Assembly: GCF_006345805.1 (NCBI RefSeq)
Contig: NC_043007.1
Span: 65,658,001-65,722,000 of the forward strand
Length of the DNA: 64,000 nucleotides
Direction: 5' to 3'
From: Octopus sinensis
Taxonomy: Eukaryota
The notes below the pieces were generated by a model, which was given only the letters and a program-made list of their open reading frames with translations, did not search any database and had not been told where the DNA came from. A program made the position numbers and the translations under genes. Positions 43,027 to 56,025 of the stretch are shown here, one piece after another; the first letter of the stretch is position 1; every line of letters starts with the position of its first letter.

Positions 43027-43158
43027 GATTGAGAAAGCAGTGCATGCCATCAAAGTGACACTGGGGTAAAGTATACGAAGCCCAATATATCCATCATGAC
43101 TACCCGTTTGATAAGGGTACACCAGGCACATGCATCACAACCATATGTGCATGACATG
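43026..43158 (-). mobile_element. Family T element, about 130-bp 3' end
   Basis: Same 3' terminus next to (TTA)n. Confidence 0.8.
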
Positions 43159-43261
43159 TAGTAGTTGTTGGTGGTGATGGTATTGTTATTATTATCATTG
43201 TATCTTCAAATCTCAAGAATCTTTCTTGGGGTTCTTACAAAATACTTGTGTGCACTTCTAA

Positions 43262-43670
43262 TACCCGTCTGTACCCGTCTGATAAGGTTACGTCAGGCGC
43301 ATGCACCGCAACCATATGTGCGCGACATAGTGATCTCATATGAAAATAAACAGCGCATGACTTTGCAGGTGGGGCCCACTTAGAATTTTCTTCAGGTCGA
43401 GTAGCCCATCCTGCTCAAAAGGACCCTGAATAAAGGTTGTTTAAGGATGTTGAACGAAACACCCATATTTCAAAGGAATCCTTTCAACACATGGCTATGA
43501 TGCTCCAAAATTACTTCTGCTCGTGATCAGAGATGCACATATTGTCAGCCAGTAAGGGACATACTCGACTGGTTAAGGTCAAACAACTAATAAGCAAGTC
43601 TATAGTATTGAGCAAAATATTTGTTGTAGCAAATCTTTTATACCAAAAACAAAACAATGTGCATAATAGA
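43262..43670 (-). mobile_element. Family T element, diverged, extreme 3' end lost
   Basis: Collinear with about 5995-6410; 5' end abuts (TTA)n at 43681-43742. Confidence 0.8.
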
Positions 43671-43679
43671 CAAAACAAT

Positions 43680-43742
<63 letters not shown>

Positions 43743-43743
<1 letters not shown>

Positions 43744-44195
43744 GTTTTTCCTTCTTTCTTCAAATTTTCTTCCGTTTCTCGCCGAGTGTTTTCCATACAC
43801 CTAGGGCAGAGAAGCTCATTGTATGCATTCCCAGATTACACGAGCAAATTCACAGATAAAATATGTATTTAAAAATTTATAAATAAATAAACTGATGGAT
43901 GGATGTTGTTTTCACAGCGATAATGCTTTTCTCACTACATGAGCCGTTCCAGTTAACACGATACTTTGCACTTCCGTAGGGATGGTAAGCATGGAATCAT
44001 TTTCAAATAGGTTTCAGTACCTTTTTTTTTATCATTCCTAGAAATCCTACAATCACTGGTACTGTAGTTGCCTTGAGATGCCACATTTTTTCAATTTCTA
44101 TTAGCAAGTCTTTATATTTACTAATCTTGTCAAATTCTTTCGCCGCTATATTGTGATCACAAGGAATACTCATGTCAATTAATAAAAACATCTTT
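43743..44195 (-). mobile_element. R4/Dong-like 3' fragment, same subfamily as 52956-53664
   Basis: LLIDMSIPCDHNIAAKEFDKISKYKDLLIEIEKMWHLK; 3' UTR (GCCCTAGG...GGAAG.AAATTTGAA) shared with the 52956 copy; tail in (TAA)n. Confidence 0.88.
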
Positions 44196-44202
44196 TTGTT
44201 AG

Positions 44203-44395
44203 GGAGCGGATTGGCAGAAACGTTAGCACGCCGGGTATTTCGTCTACCGCTATTTTCTGTGCTCAAATTCCGCCGAGGTCGACTTCGCCCTTCACATTTT
44301 CGTGGTCGATAAATTAAGTACCAGAGAAATACTGGAGTTGATGCGGTCGACAAGTCCCCTCTCCAAAATTTCAGACCTTGTGCCTTTAATAGAAA
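44203..44395 (+). mobile_element. Family B SINE
   Basis: Family B head through tail. Confidence 0.85.
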
Positions 44396-45640
44396 GGATT
44401 ATTATTATTATTGTTATTGTTGTTTTTTTTTTCTGATTTAGCTGCTGTTTTTTTATGTTGTTTTTTCTACTGTTTTTCATATTGTTGTTGGTATTTTTAC
44501 TACCGATACAAATGATCTTGTTGTTGCTGCTGCTGTTTTCTGCTGTAACAGCTGTTTCTGTTGTCAATGTCATTGTTGTTGTTGTCGCCGTTGCGTTACT
44601 GTAGCAGTCGTCTTTGCTGGTGTTGGTGTTGTAATTGGTATTTCTTTTTCTATTATAGTTAAATGTTTTTAGTATTGTTATTAATGTCGATATAATTTTT
44701 ATACTTGTTAGTGTTGTTGCTGTCGTTGTTGTTGTCGTTGTTGCTGCTGTTGTTGTTGTTGTTGTTGTTGTTATTATCACTGATGGTGGTTAAATTGCTG
44801 ACGTGAACTTTCTGGTTATTTATGCGGTTCATGTTGATATTATTTTTATTTTATATTACTGTTCTTGCTATTATTAGTGTCGTTGCTTTTCGCAATGATT
44901 TCGTTGCTATCGTCACCATCACCATCCTTCTCCTTCTTCTTCTTCTTCTTCTTCTTCTTTTTTCTTCTTCTTCTTACTATCCTCCTCCTCCTCCTCCTCC
45001 TCATCATCATCATCCTTACTATTTAGTTGTTCTTTGGTTCCGTTCTTTATTTCCATATTTTCTCACTAATTGATTGGGTAGTTGTCTCAGGAGACATTCC
45101 AGCTTGTTTCATCCATCTTGGAAATTGGTGAGAATCTTAGAAGAATGCGCAGAGGTTGTTGTGGCGGCGATGGTGGTGACGATGATGGTGGTAGTGATGG
45201 CGGTGGTGGTGGTGGCGCTGGTAGTGGTGCTAGTCAAAGTGTGGAACTTGGGGGCGGGTTTTCAAACTTGAATTAGGGTTCTCTTAACTTTCAGAAATGC
45301 CGACATTGAAATTAAGCCGTCAACATAGTTTTGTCTAGTTCTGTCTGTCGGTCTCTCTGTGTCTGTCCATCTGCCCGCCCGCCTGCCTGCCTGTATGTAT
45401 ATGTGTCATCGCATACCTGTATGCGTGTCTCTCTTTGTGCATACTTATATGTACATCTCTGACAGTGCACCCAATACACACACACACACACAGAGGCATA
45501 GGCACATACACACACACCCACAAACACACACATATATATGTATGGCATATAATCTATATGTTACATATCTATCTATAGATATGATATAATGTAATATATA
45601 TATAGATATGTATATATGTATGTTTGTATATCTAGCTGTA

Positions 45641-45680
<40 letters not shown>

Positions 45681-45685
45681 CTTCC

Positions 45686-45759
<74 letters not shown>

Positions 45760-45817
45760 ATGTATTATGAATATTAGTATTATGTATACATATGTGTGGG
45801 TATGTATGTGCACCTAG

Positions 45818-45968
45818 ATGTCGCTGTGTGGTAAGAAGCTTGTTTTCCAACCACATAGTTCCAGGTTCAGTCCTACTGTCTTCTTCCTAGTGTCTTCTAC
45901 TATAGCCTCGGGCCGACCAAAGACTTGTGAGTGGATTTGGTCGACGGAAACTGAAGGAAGTACGTCGT
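45818..45968 (+). mobile_element. Family A SINE head
   Basis: GCTGTGTGGTAAGAAGCTTG...GTCGTATATAT followed by (TATG)n. Confidence 0.8.
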
Positions 45969-46015
45969 ATATATATATGTACGTATGTATGTATGTATGT
46001 ATGTATGTATGTATG

Positions 46016-46046
<31 letters not shown>

Positions 46047-46416
46047 TTATACATGAGTGTATTTTCCCCTTGTTAACAATTAACACGGAAAAAATAGATA
46101 AATAGTTACCAGGGTAGCAAAAAAATCACACAAGTAAAGAGGTTGTAACTCCTTGTTTTTAAAGGTAGAAACTTCGGGTTTACGTGGAATTTTTTGTATA
46201 ATATAAATAAATGGAGTTTAACGCAGGCATAATTCAAATACTTTTTATTCCGATTCATGTTTCGAAGATATCACTGATATTATTTCAAAGGAATAAATGG
46301 TGTAAAACAATGTAATCTTCTCTTCAGAGAAGTGAAGAAATGAAACTCGTCAATAAGGCATGTTAACAGAAAATAATGGATATTAATAGCGTTCAGTAAA
46401 TCATTATACATATATG

Positions 46417-46499
<83 letters not shown>

Positions 46500-46545
46500 G
46501 TTGTTGTTGTTATTATTAATACTAATAATAATAATGATGATGATG

Positions 46546-46587
<42 letters not shown>

Positions 46588-46678
46588 TAATAATAATAAT
46601 AACAATAATAATAATAACAACAACAACAACATCGAAAAATATCTTAGGAATGAGAACCGATGTCCGAAATTTCCCCAA

Positions 46679-46724
46679 GACACCTGATGAAGGCTGGAGG
46701 GCATATCAGCCGAAACGTTGTGTT
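46679..46724 (+). ncRNA. Minimal type I hammerhead-ribozyme-like motif inside a short repeat (about 46631-46775)
   Basis: GACAC-CTGATGA-A-GGCTG(10-nt loop)CAGCC-GAAAC-GT-T-GTGTT: stem I GACAC/GTGTT, 5-bp stem II, loopless palindromic ACGT stem III as in Penelope-associated minimal hammerheads; one extra A after the core. Confidence 0.6.
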
Positions 46725-48004
46725 AACAACAAGCAAGGTTAAGACAAATATCCGTCAATTGTAAATAATGTAAATAAAAAACATGATAGTAGAGACATAG
46801 AAGGAAACCGAACGAAAACGAACATGGAGAGTCGTTAGACCAGAATTATATATACACATGGATGTCAGTCTTTCCGTATATTTCGTTTTCCTTTGTTTCT
46901 TTTTTACTATTCGTCGTGAAGCTCCAACCTCACTGCAGTTAGCACTAAACACTATCAGCATCATAATGTCCTCATCAGATTTAATCCCCACCTCTTCCTT
47001 CTCCTCCTCCTCCTCCTCATCATCATCATCATGTTCATGTTCATTATCATGTTCATCATCATCATTATAGTCATCATCATAATCATCATAACCATCACCA
47101 TCCTCATCATGTTTATCTTCCTCTTTTTCATTATCAACATCGTCATCATCGTCATCATCGTCATCACCATACTTTTCGTAGTCACCGTCGTTGTTTATAT
47201 CAGCAGTAACATCAGTAGCAACCCCATGCCGACAAGAGACTCTCCATGTAAACGTTTGACATTCTAGTAGTAGCAGTCTCAATAATCTCTCAAGCTTAAA
47301 TACCCTCTACCATCTTTAAAAATACCCATAAATACCCACATTTGTAGTGGGACCGAACTCGTGATCTCTTTGTTGCAAAGAAAACTTATTCGCCATTCGA
47401 CCACCATAAAGTTAAAGAAGGATAAATTACTTATATGTTTTCATTTGTACGAAAAAAAAAAAAATAGAAACAGGTTGTGGAACAACTGTAATCAAAACTC
47501 CGATCTGATCGTTGTTGACTTGAGGTTATCAAAAGATGAAAACTTTCATGTTGTCCTGCACAACTGCTACAACTACTGTCATCTCAAATGCCACCATAAC
47601 GACGATGACGATGACGACCATCAACGATACTACCTACAATCGTCACCTGCAATCACCACAACCATCTGTAATCACCAGCAGCACCAGCAGCACCAGCTTC
47701 ACCAGGAGCACCAGCACCAGCACCACCAGCTCCGCCACTGCCGCCGCTATCGTTGCCGTAGCACTCGCCGCTGCGCTGTCACCGCTGTCGTCGCTGTCAT
47801 CTCTGAGCGGCAGTTATTCACTGGCAATATATATATAAAATAACATACCTAAAGTACTGAGACACAGTACTTTGGCAATCACATCTTTCTAAAATATATA
47901 AACTATGTGTAAGTGAGCGCTGTATGTTTCTAAGCATGAATTTATGTATGTATGCAAGCAGGTATGTATATATGTGTGTCCCAAAATAATCATAATAAAA
48001 TAGC

Positions 48005-48210
48005 AATAATCTTTTCTGCTACAGGCACAAAGCCTGGAATTTTGGGGGAAGAGGGTAAGTCGATTACATTGACAGCAATGCGCACCTGATACCTGTTTAT
48101 TCAACCCCGAAAGGGAAAGTCGATCTTGTTATAATTTGAACTCAGAACGTAAAAACGGCCGAAATATCGCTAAGCATATGCCCGGCGTGCTAGCAATTCT
48201 ACCAGCTCAC
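48005..48210 (-). mobile_element. Family B SINE
   Basis: Family B reverse complement. Confidence 0.8.
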
Positions 48211-48383
48211 AGTTTTGCAAAGATAGTAATAATGATATTTAAGATCAAAACTAAGTTTGTATATCCTTTAAATTTATATCATTTAGATAAAGGCAACATC
48301 ACTACCAGCACAATTATTAGGCAGCTTCTATGTGGTCAATCGATCTGCTAGAAATAGCTGCTAAATCTTCCTCATATCATACG

Positions 48384-48620
48384 CTATGGTTTTAAAAGTG
48401 GAAGTTCATGCTGGATGTTAATGAAATTAAGCCGAAGCAATGGATGGAAAGCAAAGTGTGGGATGCAGAGGATTTGTGGGCCAGTCCCTCGACAGAGCTT
48501 ACAACATACATGCTTGGCATCACCAGAGTTAATAGGTAGAAAGCCATCAGGGATTTTTCTTATTGACTGCCACTTTTGAATCTCTTCAATTTTGTTCCAA
48601 TTGATTTTAAATTTAGTGTA
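48384..48620 (-). mobile_element. Possible hAT transposase BED-finger relic
   Basis: RKIPDGFLP...KHVCCKLC...HFAFH...NIQH resembles the K.PDG...V.C..C...F.YH...H BED pattern; no TIRs found. Confidence 0.4.
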
Positions 48621-49970
48621 TTGATGTAGTTTTGTATGGTAATTATTGACATGAAATTCATTTTCGTCATAAATCAATAAATAAACAGTTAATAGCTTTT
48701 AAAGTTTGCGAATTTTGGGTAATTTTATCCAGTCGAAAACCACAGACATATGGGTGCCTCTTCTTTTAGTTGATGTGGCTGCTGTGTGTGTGTGTATGTG
48801 TGTGTATGCGAGCGTGTGTGTGTATGCTTGTGTTGTGTGCATGCGCCTTTAACCGTTATGTGGCTACTTGCTGTGTGAATGCGTTTGTAACTGAGTGTCT
48901 CTGTTTTGCCATACGTTTGCAGTAACGCATAAAATGAGAGCTTCCAAATCCTGCGTTCTACTCGGTAAAAAGAATCAAGCTTTAAACCTCTGTAACTTTA
49001 AAACAAAAAAAAAAACTGAAACAAATGAATTTGACTCAGAGATTTAGCGTGAAAAATTACATCAATACACCAAATTTCAAAATTTTCACTTAATTTTACA
49101 ATGTGTAGCCAAACAGAAAAGATATGATCTCAGGTTATTTGTCGGGTCAATAGAAGCTGCTTAAAGGTGACAGTGGATCAGAAGGTGAGGTGTGAGCCAT
49201 GGAAGGGACAGTTCTAACAGGTGTTGTGTAAACTTGACACAAGTTGGGACTTGATCTACCTGCGCTGGGTCACTTATGTGAGGTATCTGATGTTGAAAGA
49301 ACCGAAGCACCTAATGACTATAGGATACATTAATGATGATGTGTCACGGTGTATCACACGCTGATGTATGGAAAAACTAGTCTAGAAACTAAAAAAAAGC
49401 CGGATGGTCACATCTGGTGAGCTTTGGTCATATGTATTCTATAAGTGGTAACCTGGTGATCAGATGCAATAACAACAATATCACCAACGTCAGCAACACA
49501 ACTGCCACAAATGCCTAACAACACGACTAACACTAATACAGCTAGTGTCATCACCAGGGTCACATCCACCATCGACGCCACCACTAGCATCTCCTCTAAC
49601 TCATGCAGTTGCATCTTTGCCTTTTCATTATCATTTACGCGCGTGCGTGAGAGATTCTATTAACTTAAAAAATAAAACAAACAAAAAACAACAACAATAA
49701 ATGATGACAATAACAACAACTGTGTTACGTTTATAATCGTTTGTATTTAAAGTTTTAAATTTTGATTTTTATTCCGTATTTCCATGTTGATTTTTTTCCG
49801 TCGCTGCTTTTTTCCCCATTTTACAAATTTTTCAAAAAAAAAAAGAAAAAACGAAAAAAAAAACCCCAAAACGAAACAAAAAATTGCTCAATTAAAAGTT
49901 AATCGTTTATTCTATTAAAAAGAAAGTAACGCCAACACATACCCTCTAACCATCGTAATAAACACCTTAC

Positions 49971-50057
49971 CATACATGTCTTCAAGTCCATCGTGGAATC
50001 GCGACAACACCAACCCAGCCCTATCTCCCGTTTCTGCAATCAAGAGATGTGTGAATC
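49971..50057 (-). CDS. Candidate exon B (87 nt, phase 1-1), best-supported exon
   Basis: Acceptor CTATTTCCCATTAG, donor ATG|GTAAGG; GC-richer island in AT-rich flanks; only the phase-1 frame is open: FTHLLIAETGDRAGLVLSRFHDGLEDMY. Confidence 0.55.
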
Positions 50058-50217
50058 CTAATGGGAAATAGTTTTAATTAATCATTAATCACTTTATTTC
50101 GATATTTTCTAATTAATCTTTAATCAACTCTTTAATGACGACAATGAGAGTAGTGAGGGCGTTTTCTTTTCATTTATTGTAATTATTATTATTATTATTA
50201 TTATTATATTATTATTA

Positions 50218-50253
<36 letters not shown>

Positions 50254-51000
50254 GATCATCATCAGGACCATCATAACCATCATTATCATTATTAAAATTA
50301 ATAAGGTCAAGGCACTGATTGAGCCTTCAGACATCTTTATACACTGCTGTTAGGATATGAGAGAGAATGAAAGAAAAAAAAGAGAAAATGAAAGAAAGGA
50401 ACACAGACAGAGAGAAAAAATGTTTAGGGAGAGTGGGGTCGAGAACATACTACGCATAGGAATATTAGACTGCAATAGGGAAGAACAGAGTAGAATTATT
50501 ACATGAAGAGCAATCATAAAGTAGAAGAGAACACAGCAAGGTATAAGACAAACGAGTGAAACACAGCAAATTACAAGGATTGCAAGGTATACCATGACAG
50601 TGTACAAGAGAACCAATTACAACTCACAATAATCTCAACGTAGCAGCATGCAACATGGTAGAGTACAACATAACTGAAACAACATGTTAATATGAAGCGA
50701 AACACAATTGCGCACAGTACTGGAAAAACTTGTCACCGTTTAAGACAGCACTACTGTACAATAAACCACTTACCACAGAGCGTTGTATGATATAACACTG
50801 TATGACACTACGATATGTGACACATTACTCTAACGTAGAACAACACTCTACAACACTCTATTATACTGTACAATACATTATATTATATTATACTGTACAA
50901 TACAAAGCATGTGAGAGTTGAACTAATTAGGCAGTCTATATTTGGTCACTGATCCTGCTAGAAGTAGTTAATGAGTTTTTATCAAATTGCTCAATGTCAA

Positions 51001-51450
51001 CGAAACTGAGCAGCAATTTCAGTGAAGGGGTTAAGTTGAGTACATTGACCCCAGTACTCAAATGGTATTTATTTCGTTGATCCCAGATGGATTAAAGGCA
51101 AAGTCGAACTCAGCGGAATTTGAACTCAAAACGTAAAGACGGACGAAATGTTACTGAGCATTTTGCCCGCATGCAAACAAATTTGCCAGCTAGTGGGCTC
51201 AAAAGGTATCGAAATATTGGAGAATGATATTATAGGAACCGAGCTGGCAGAATCGTTAGCATGCCAAGCAAAATGCTTGACGGCATTTCGCCCGTTCTTA
51301 TGTTCTCAGTTCAAATTCTGTCGAGGTCGACTTTGCCTTTCATCCTTTCGGGGGTCGATAAAATAAGTACAAGTTGAGCACTGGTGATCGATGTAATCGA
51401 CTTATGCCTCACCCCCGAAATTTCTGGCCTTGTGCAAAAACTTGAAACCA
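51001..51450. mobile_element. Head-to-head inverted pair of family B SINEs
   Basis: 51001-51191 (-) and 51234-51450 (+), about 40 bp apart. Confidence 0.85.
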
Positions 51451-52894
51451 ATTTTTCATTACTCTTTATGCTCCAATCCGGCCCACAAACCAACCAAGTT
51501 TGACACCCCTGCTCTAAATAATCACAAAAGAGCATCCCCACCACAAGATGAAGGACAAGCTGCCTACAACAAGCAGCAGTCAAATTTCCCCCATCTCCCG
51601 CTCTTTTGTCTTATATAAGATCAGGACCCATTAGATAAGGACCTTCTTCCTCTCCTCCACCATAAACCATCTGAAAGTCCTTGAGAAACGTCATAGCTGC
51701 TGCTATTTCGCTTTTGATAAGGTAATGGTTTACTACCAGGGTGTCATAACATACTAGGGTATTGTTGACAGTAATTATGGGTGTGACAGCGTTTTAAATT
51801 TAAACAACATAATTGACGAAAAATGTCAAAGCTTAATCATTAAGCCATCAAAAAAACTGACAGAATTTGAACTTACAACCTAGAACGACGAAACTAAACA
51901 CTGTGTTGTGAGAGGCAATTAGTTCTGTCATTGTCACTTCTACTCTTAGTGCCTAATTCATTTATCAATTTTGAGTTCTGAACTCGAGTCACACCTGGAT
52001 CTATAAAAAGACAGGATGGTCACGAATAGAATACTTTTGATCGTAAGTCTGCTTGTTAACCAGAACCGACTTGGGACTAAAGAAGAAAGAACAAGATAAT
52101 AACAAAATACTAAAAATCAACGGTTTTCAAAATACGGCACAACATAAATAAACGGCACAGCAAGCAATATAACAAAGTATTGTGCAATCTAAAGCAGTAC
52201 AACAAAGTTGTATCATCGCTTAATAACACAGTACCACAGTAGTCCAGACAGTAATTATTATAAAGGCGATGGATCATAGGATCTTAAGCCTTACTGTATT
52301 TTTTCTATCTTTTTTACAATGTGGGTTCTAATCACTTTAAAGTCAACTTAGTCCTTCATCTCACTGGGGTTGGGGTTGATAAATTAAAGTAACCGATCCC
52401 GTTATTAGAGTCAATAGTATCGCTTACTACATTGCCGTTCAAAATTGCTGGCCTTGTGCCTAAATTACAAATTCTTCTTCTTCTTCTTCTTCTTCTTCTT
52501 CTTTTCTTCTTCTTCTTCTTCTCTTCTTCTTCTTCTTCTTCTTCTTCTCAAATAATACTAGACCAAATTGGTTTAGGTCGAAGACAGTCTGTGGCTATTA
52601 TAATAACATACAACAATATATAGGTACATAAATTAAGTATCCGGGTCTTACTTAATCTAGAGACTGTTATAAAACGTGTAAATAAATATAAATGATAATA
52701 TACTATTATGTTGGTAATATATAACAACTCTTCTCTTTTATTGATTAAAAAATTGTTTAAAGTGCAAATTCTTGTAGTTACTGTAAAATACCTAATTATA
52801 TTACTAATGTAATATTAATTACATATTACTAATAAGATGTCTTCATTATACTAATTAATTATTTGTATAAATAGATTAATTTAATTAATTGATG

Positions 52895-52955
<61 letters not shown>

Positions 52956-53663
52956 GGACCACCTAATCTCTGGATGTAAAGTCTTAGCTCCAGTGGAGTA
53001 TAAATTAAGACATGACAGAGTTGGCCAATATCTACACTGGCTAATAAGTCGGCATTACAATATCAAAACTGCCGACAAGTGGTATAATCACCACCCTGAG
53101 GCTGTAACTGAAGGAGAAAATGTAACCATTCTGTGGGACTTTCCAGTACATACAGACCGAACCATCAAGGCCAATAAACCAGATATTGTTGTGAAAGACC
53201 AAAACAATAAAATTTGCTTATTGATCGACATGAGCATCCCCTGTGATCATAATATCTCAGCGAAAGAGTTTGACAAGCTCAGAAAATATAAAGACCTACT
53301 CATTGAAATTGAGAAAATGTGGCATCTCAAGGCGGTTACAATACCAGTGATCGTAGGAGCACTAGGAATGATCAAGAAGGGAACCGAAAATTATATGAGA
53401 ATGATCCCTGGCTTACCATCCCTGCAAGAAGTGCAAAAGATTGTCTTAACTGGTGCATCACACGTATTGAGAAGAGCATTGTCGATGTGAGAACTGTTGC
53501 TGCTCATGTATTTTAATTTAACTTAAAAAAAAAAAAAAAAAAATGAACGAACTATTGAGTTTGGTTTAATGGCCTACCAATGTATACTATGAGTTTCTTT
53601 GCCCTAGGAGTCGGGAAGACACTCAGCAAGAAATGGAAGCAAATTTGAAAGAAGAAAAAAAAA

Positions 53664-53664
<1 letters not shown>
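52956..53664 (+). mobile_element. Young 5'-truncated R4/Dong-like element with an uninterrupted RLE reading frame
   Basis: DHLISGCKVLAPVEYKLRHDRVG...KPDIVVKD...LLIDMSIP...AKEFDKLRKYKDL...LRRALSM* with no stops; (TAA)n at 52894-52955 and 53665-53715. Confidence 0.93.
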
Positions 53665-53716
<52 letters not shown>

Positions 53717-54412
53717 AAATGAATAATTTTATTTGACTTACTAAATTTAATAACCACAACAATAATTATCATAGTATTGCGTAGTTTATAACTTGTATAC
53801 TTATTGCAACAATATAATTTTGTTATTTCTGAAAGAATTAACAAAATTTGGATATGTACTATTTATAGTCCTTTATCTAAAAATATCAATTAAATTTATC
53901 GAGGATCGGTACCTGATTCTTGTTTTTGTTTATCTGACTTTAGTTTACTTACTGAGTTCTCCTTTCCATAATATACGAATATAGGGGCATTTACTTGTTA
54001 GTTACTGTGAATAATCCTTATTTAAGTAACTTCAAATCTGGTTACTTCTGAAAAGCTAGTAATATTTTGCTATCAATTATTGTAGCCTAACTCTATATCT
54101 ATGGGATAATATAGGTTGTAATATTTATTACGAAATTAACCTTCCGATAAATTAAATAAATAAATAAAGAACATTTTTCTTAGGTTTCTCTTTATATCTA
54201 TTACAGAATTCTCCCCCCGATAAACTAAATAAAAAACATATTTTTGTTTGTTACTTTAAACAATTTCTTTTTTATATCAATGACTTTAAATAAAAGAGAA
54301 GAGTTGTTATATATTAACAGCATAATAATATATTATCATTTATATTTATTTACACGTTTTATTATAGTCTCTAGATTAAGTAAGATCCTGATACTTTATT
54401 TATATACCTATA

Positions 54413-54812
54413 CTAGCAGTATCGCCCGGGGTTGCTCGGGTTTGTAAGGGAAATAACTATATAAGTATTTTTAGAGAGTTATAGCCAAAAAATAGCAAAA
54501 AATGCATTAAAATGGAAAAAAAATGATGGTAATTTTTTTTTAAATCGTTGACTCACCGTAGACATTTTTAGAGAGTTACTTCCCTTATATAATAACGAAA
54601 AAAATGCATTAAAATGGAAAGAAATGATGGTAAATTATTTTTAAAATCGTAGACTCATCGTAGACGCGCGCTAATACCCAGACGGGCTCGATATGAATCA
54701 CGACTATAAGATACCCGAATTTGGTTAAACTGCACCGCAAAATGTGGGAGTAGTTAGGAATCTAAATCGTAGGAGACAGACACTCACACAACTTCACTTT
54801 TATATATATAGA
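54413..54812 (-). mobile_element. Non-autonomous Helitron-like element, unit 1 of a tandem dimer
   Basis: Near-identical to 16974-17370; CTAG end at 54413 next to A54412. Confidence 0.9.
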
Positions 54813-55329
54813 CTAGCAGTATCGCCCGGCGTTGCTCGGGTTTGTAAGGGAAATAACTATATAAGCATTTTTAGAGAGTTACTTCCTTTATAGATGCCAA
54901 TTCCAGCTTTCTTAGCCATTTCTGTTTTGGTGTCTTCAAGCCATGAAGTCGTTGTTCTAAAAGAACGCTGGTCTCCTTGACAACGCATTACGACGTTGAT
55001 TTCCTTAAACTCCCTTCCCCACAGCTTCACGAGGGAGGGAAGAAGGGGGAGAAGCAAACACAGGTGCAGGTGTTTGAGCGTGGACGCCAACTCCGCCGCC
55101 ATCGACACACGAAAAATTATGCATTAAAATGGAATAAAAAATGATGTTAAATTATTTTTAAAATCGTAGACTCATCGTAGACGCGCGCTAATAGCCAGAC
55201 GGGCTCGATATTAATCACGACTATAAGATACCAGAATTTGGTTAAACTGCACCGCAAAATGTGGGAGGAGTTAGGAATCTAAATCGTAGGAGACAGACAC
55301 TCACACAACTACAGTTTTATGTATATAGA
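54813..55329 (-). mobile_element. Non-autonomous Helitron-like element, unit 2, with an extra segment of about 230 bp
   Basis: Abuts unit 1 directly (plus strand ...TATATAGA|CTAGCAGT); TC end at 55328-55329 next to T55330. Confidence 0.9.
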
Positions 55330-55991
55330 TATTGTTGTTGTCTGTTATTATAATAGCCAAAGATTGTCTTCGACCTAAACGAATTTGGATTAATATTATT
55401 TGAGATATATTGAAATATATTTCGATTGTTGTAGATTCTATTTACTTAATTATTTTGTCCATTATTATTTTGTTGTTTATAATTGTAATTGTTATGTTGT
55501 TGAAAGTTAACGCTCACAATCATAATGCATAGACATTACAATCCAGCCGCCCTTTTACATTGAATTTCGTTTGTCTCTAAACCAAAGTTCTGAAGAAACT
55601 TATATAAGTGGATATGGATTGTTTATAAATCAAATAATGTATATAAGCCAAAACAAATTGTTGGCTACTTTGGTTTTTATACAATAATTTATACTATAAT
55701 TGTTGGCTATTTTGGTATTTATGCTATATCCATAGTATATCATGTTATGTTATAATATAAATAAATTATTGAATTATCAATTGAATCTCTCTATTTAACT
55801 TATTGTTTATATATATATATACATATACAAATATGCATACATATGTACGCATGTATGTATGTATACATATACATACATACATACATACATACATACATAC
55901 ATACATACACACATAAATACATACATACATACATACATATATATATATATATATGTTTATATATATATATATATATATATAGATATATATA

Positions 55992-56025
<34 letters not shown>

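Noticed and set aside
49408-49614. Signal-peptide-like minus-strand ORF (MTLAVLVLVVLLGICGSCVA)
   Set aside because: Hydrophobicity comes from GTT/GTG low complexity; weak donor (GTTACC) and wrong phase for exon C.
50629-50674. 46-nt segment with GTGAGT donor and TTTCAG acceptor
   Set aside because: Lies in low-complexity CA-rich sequence and cannot be joined in frame to exon B.
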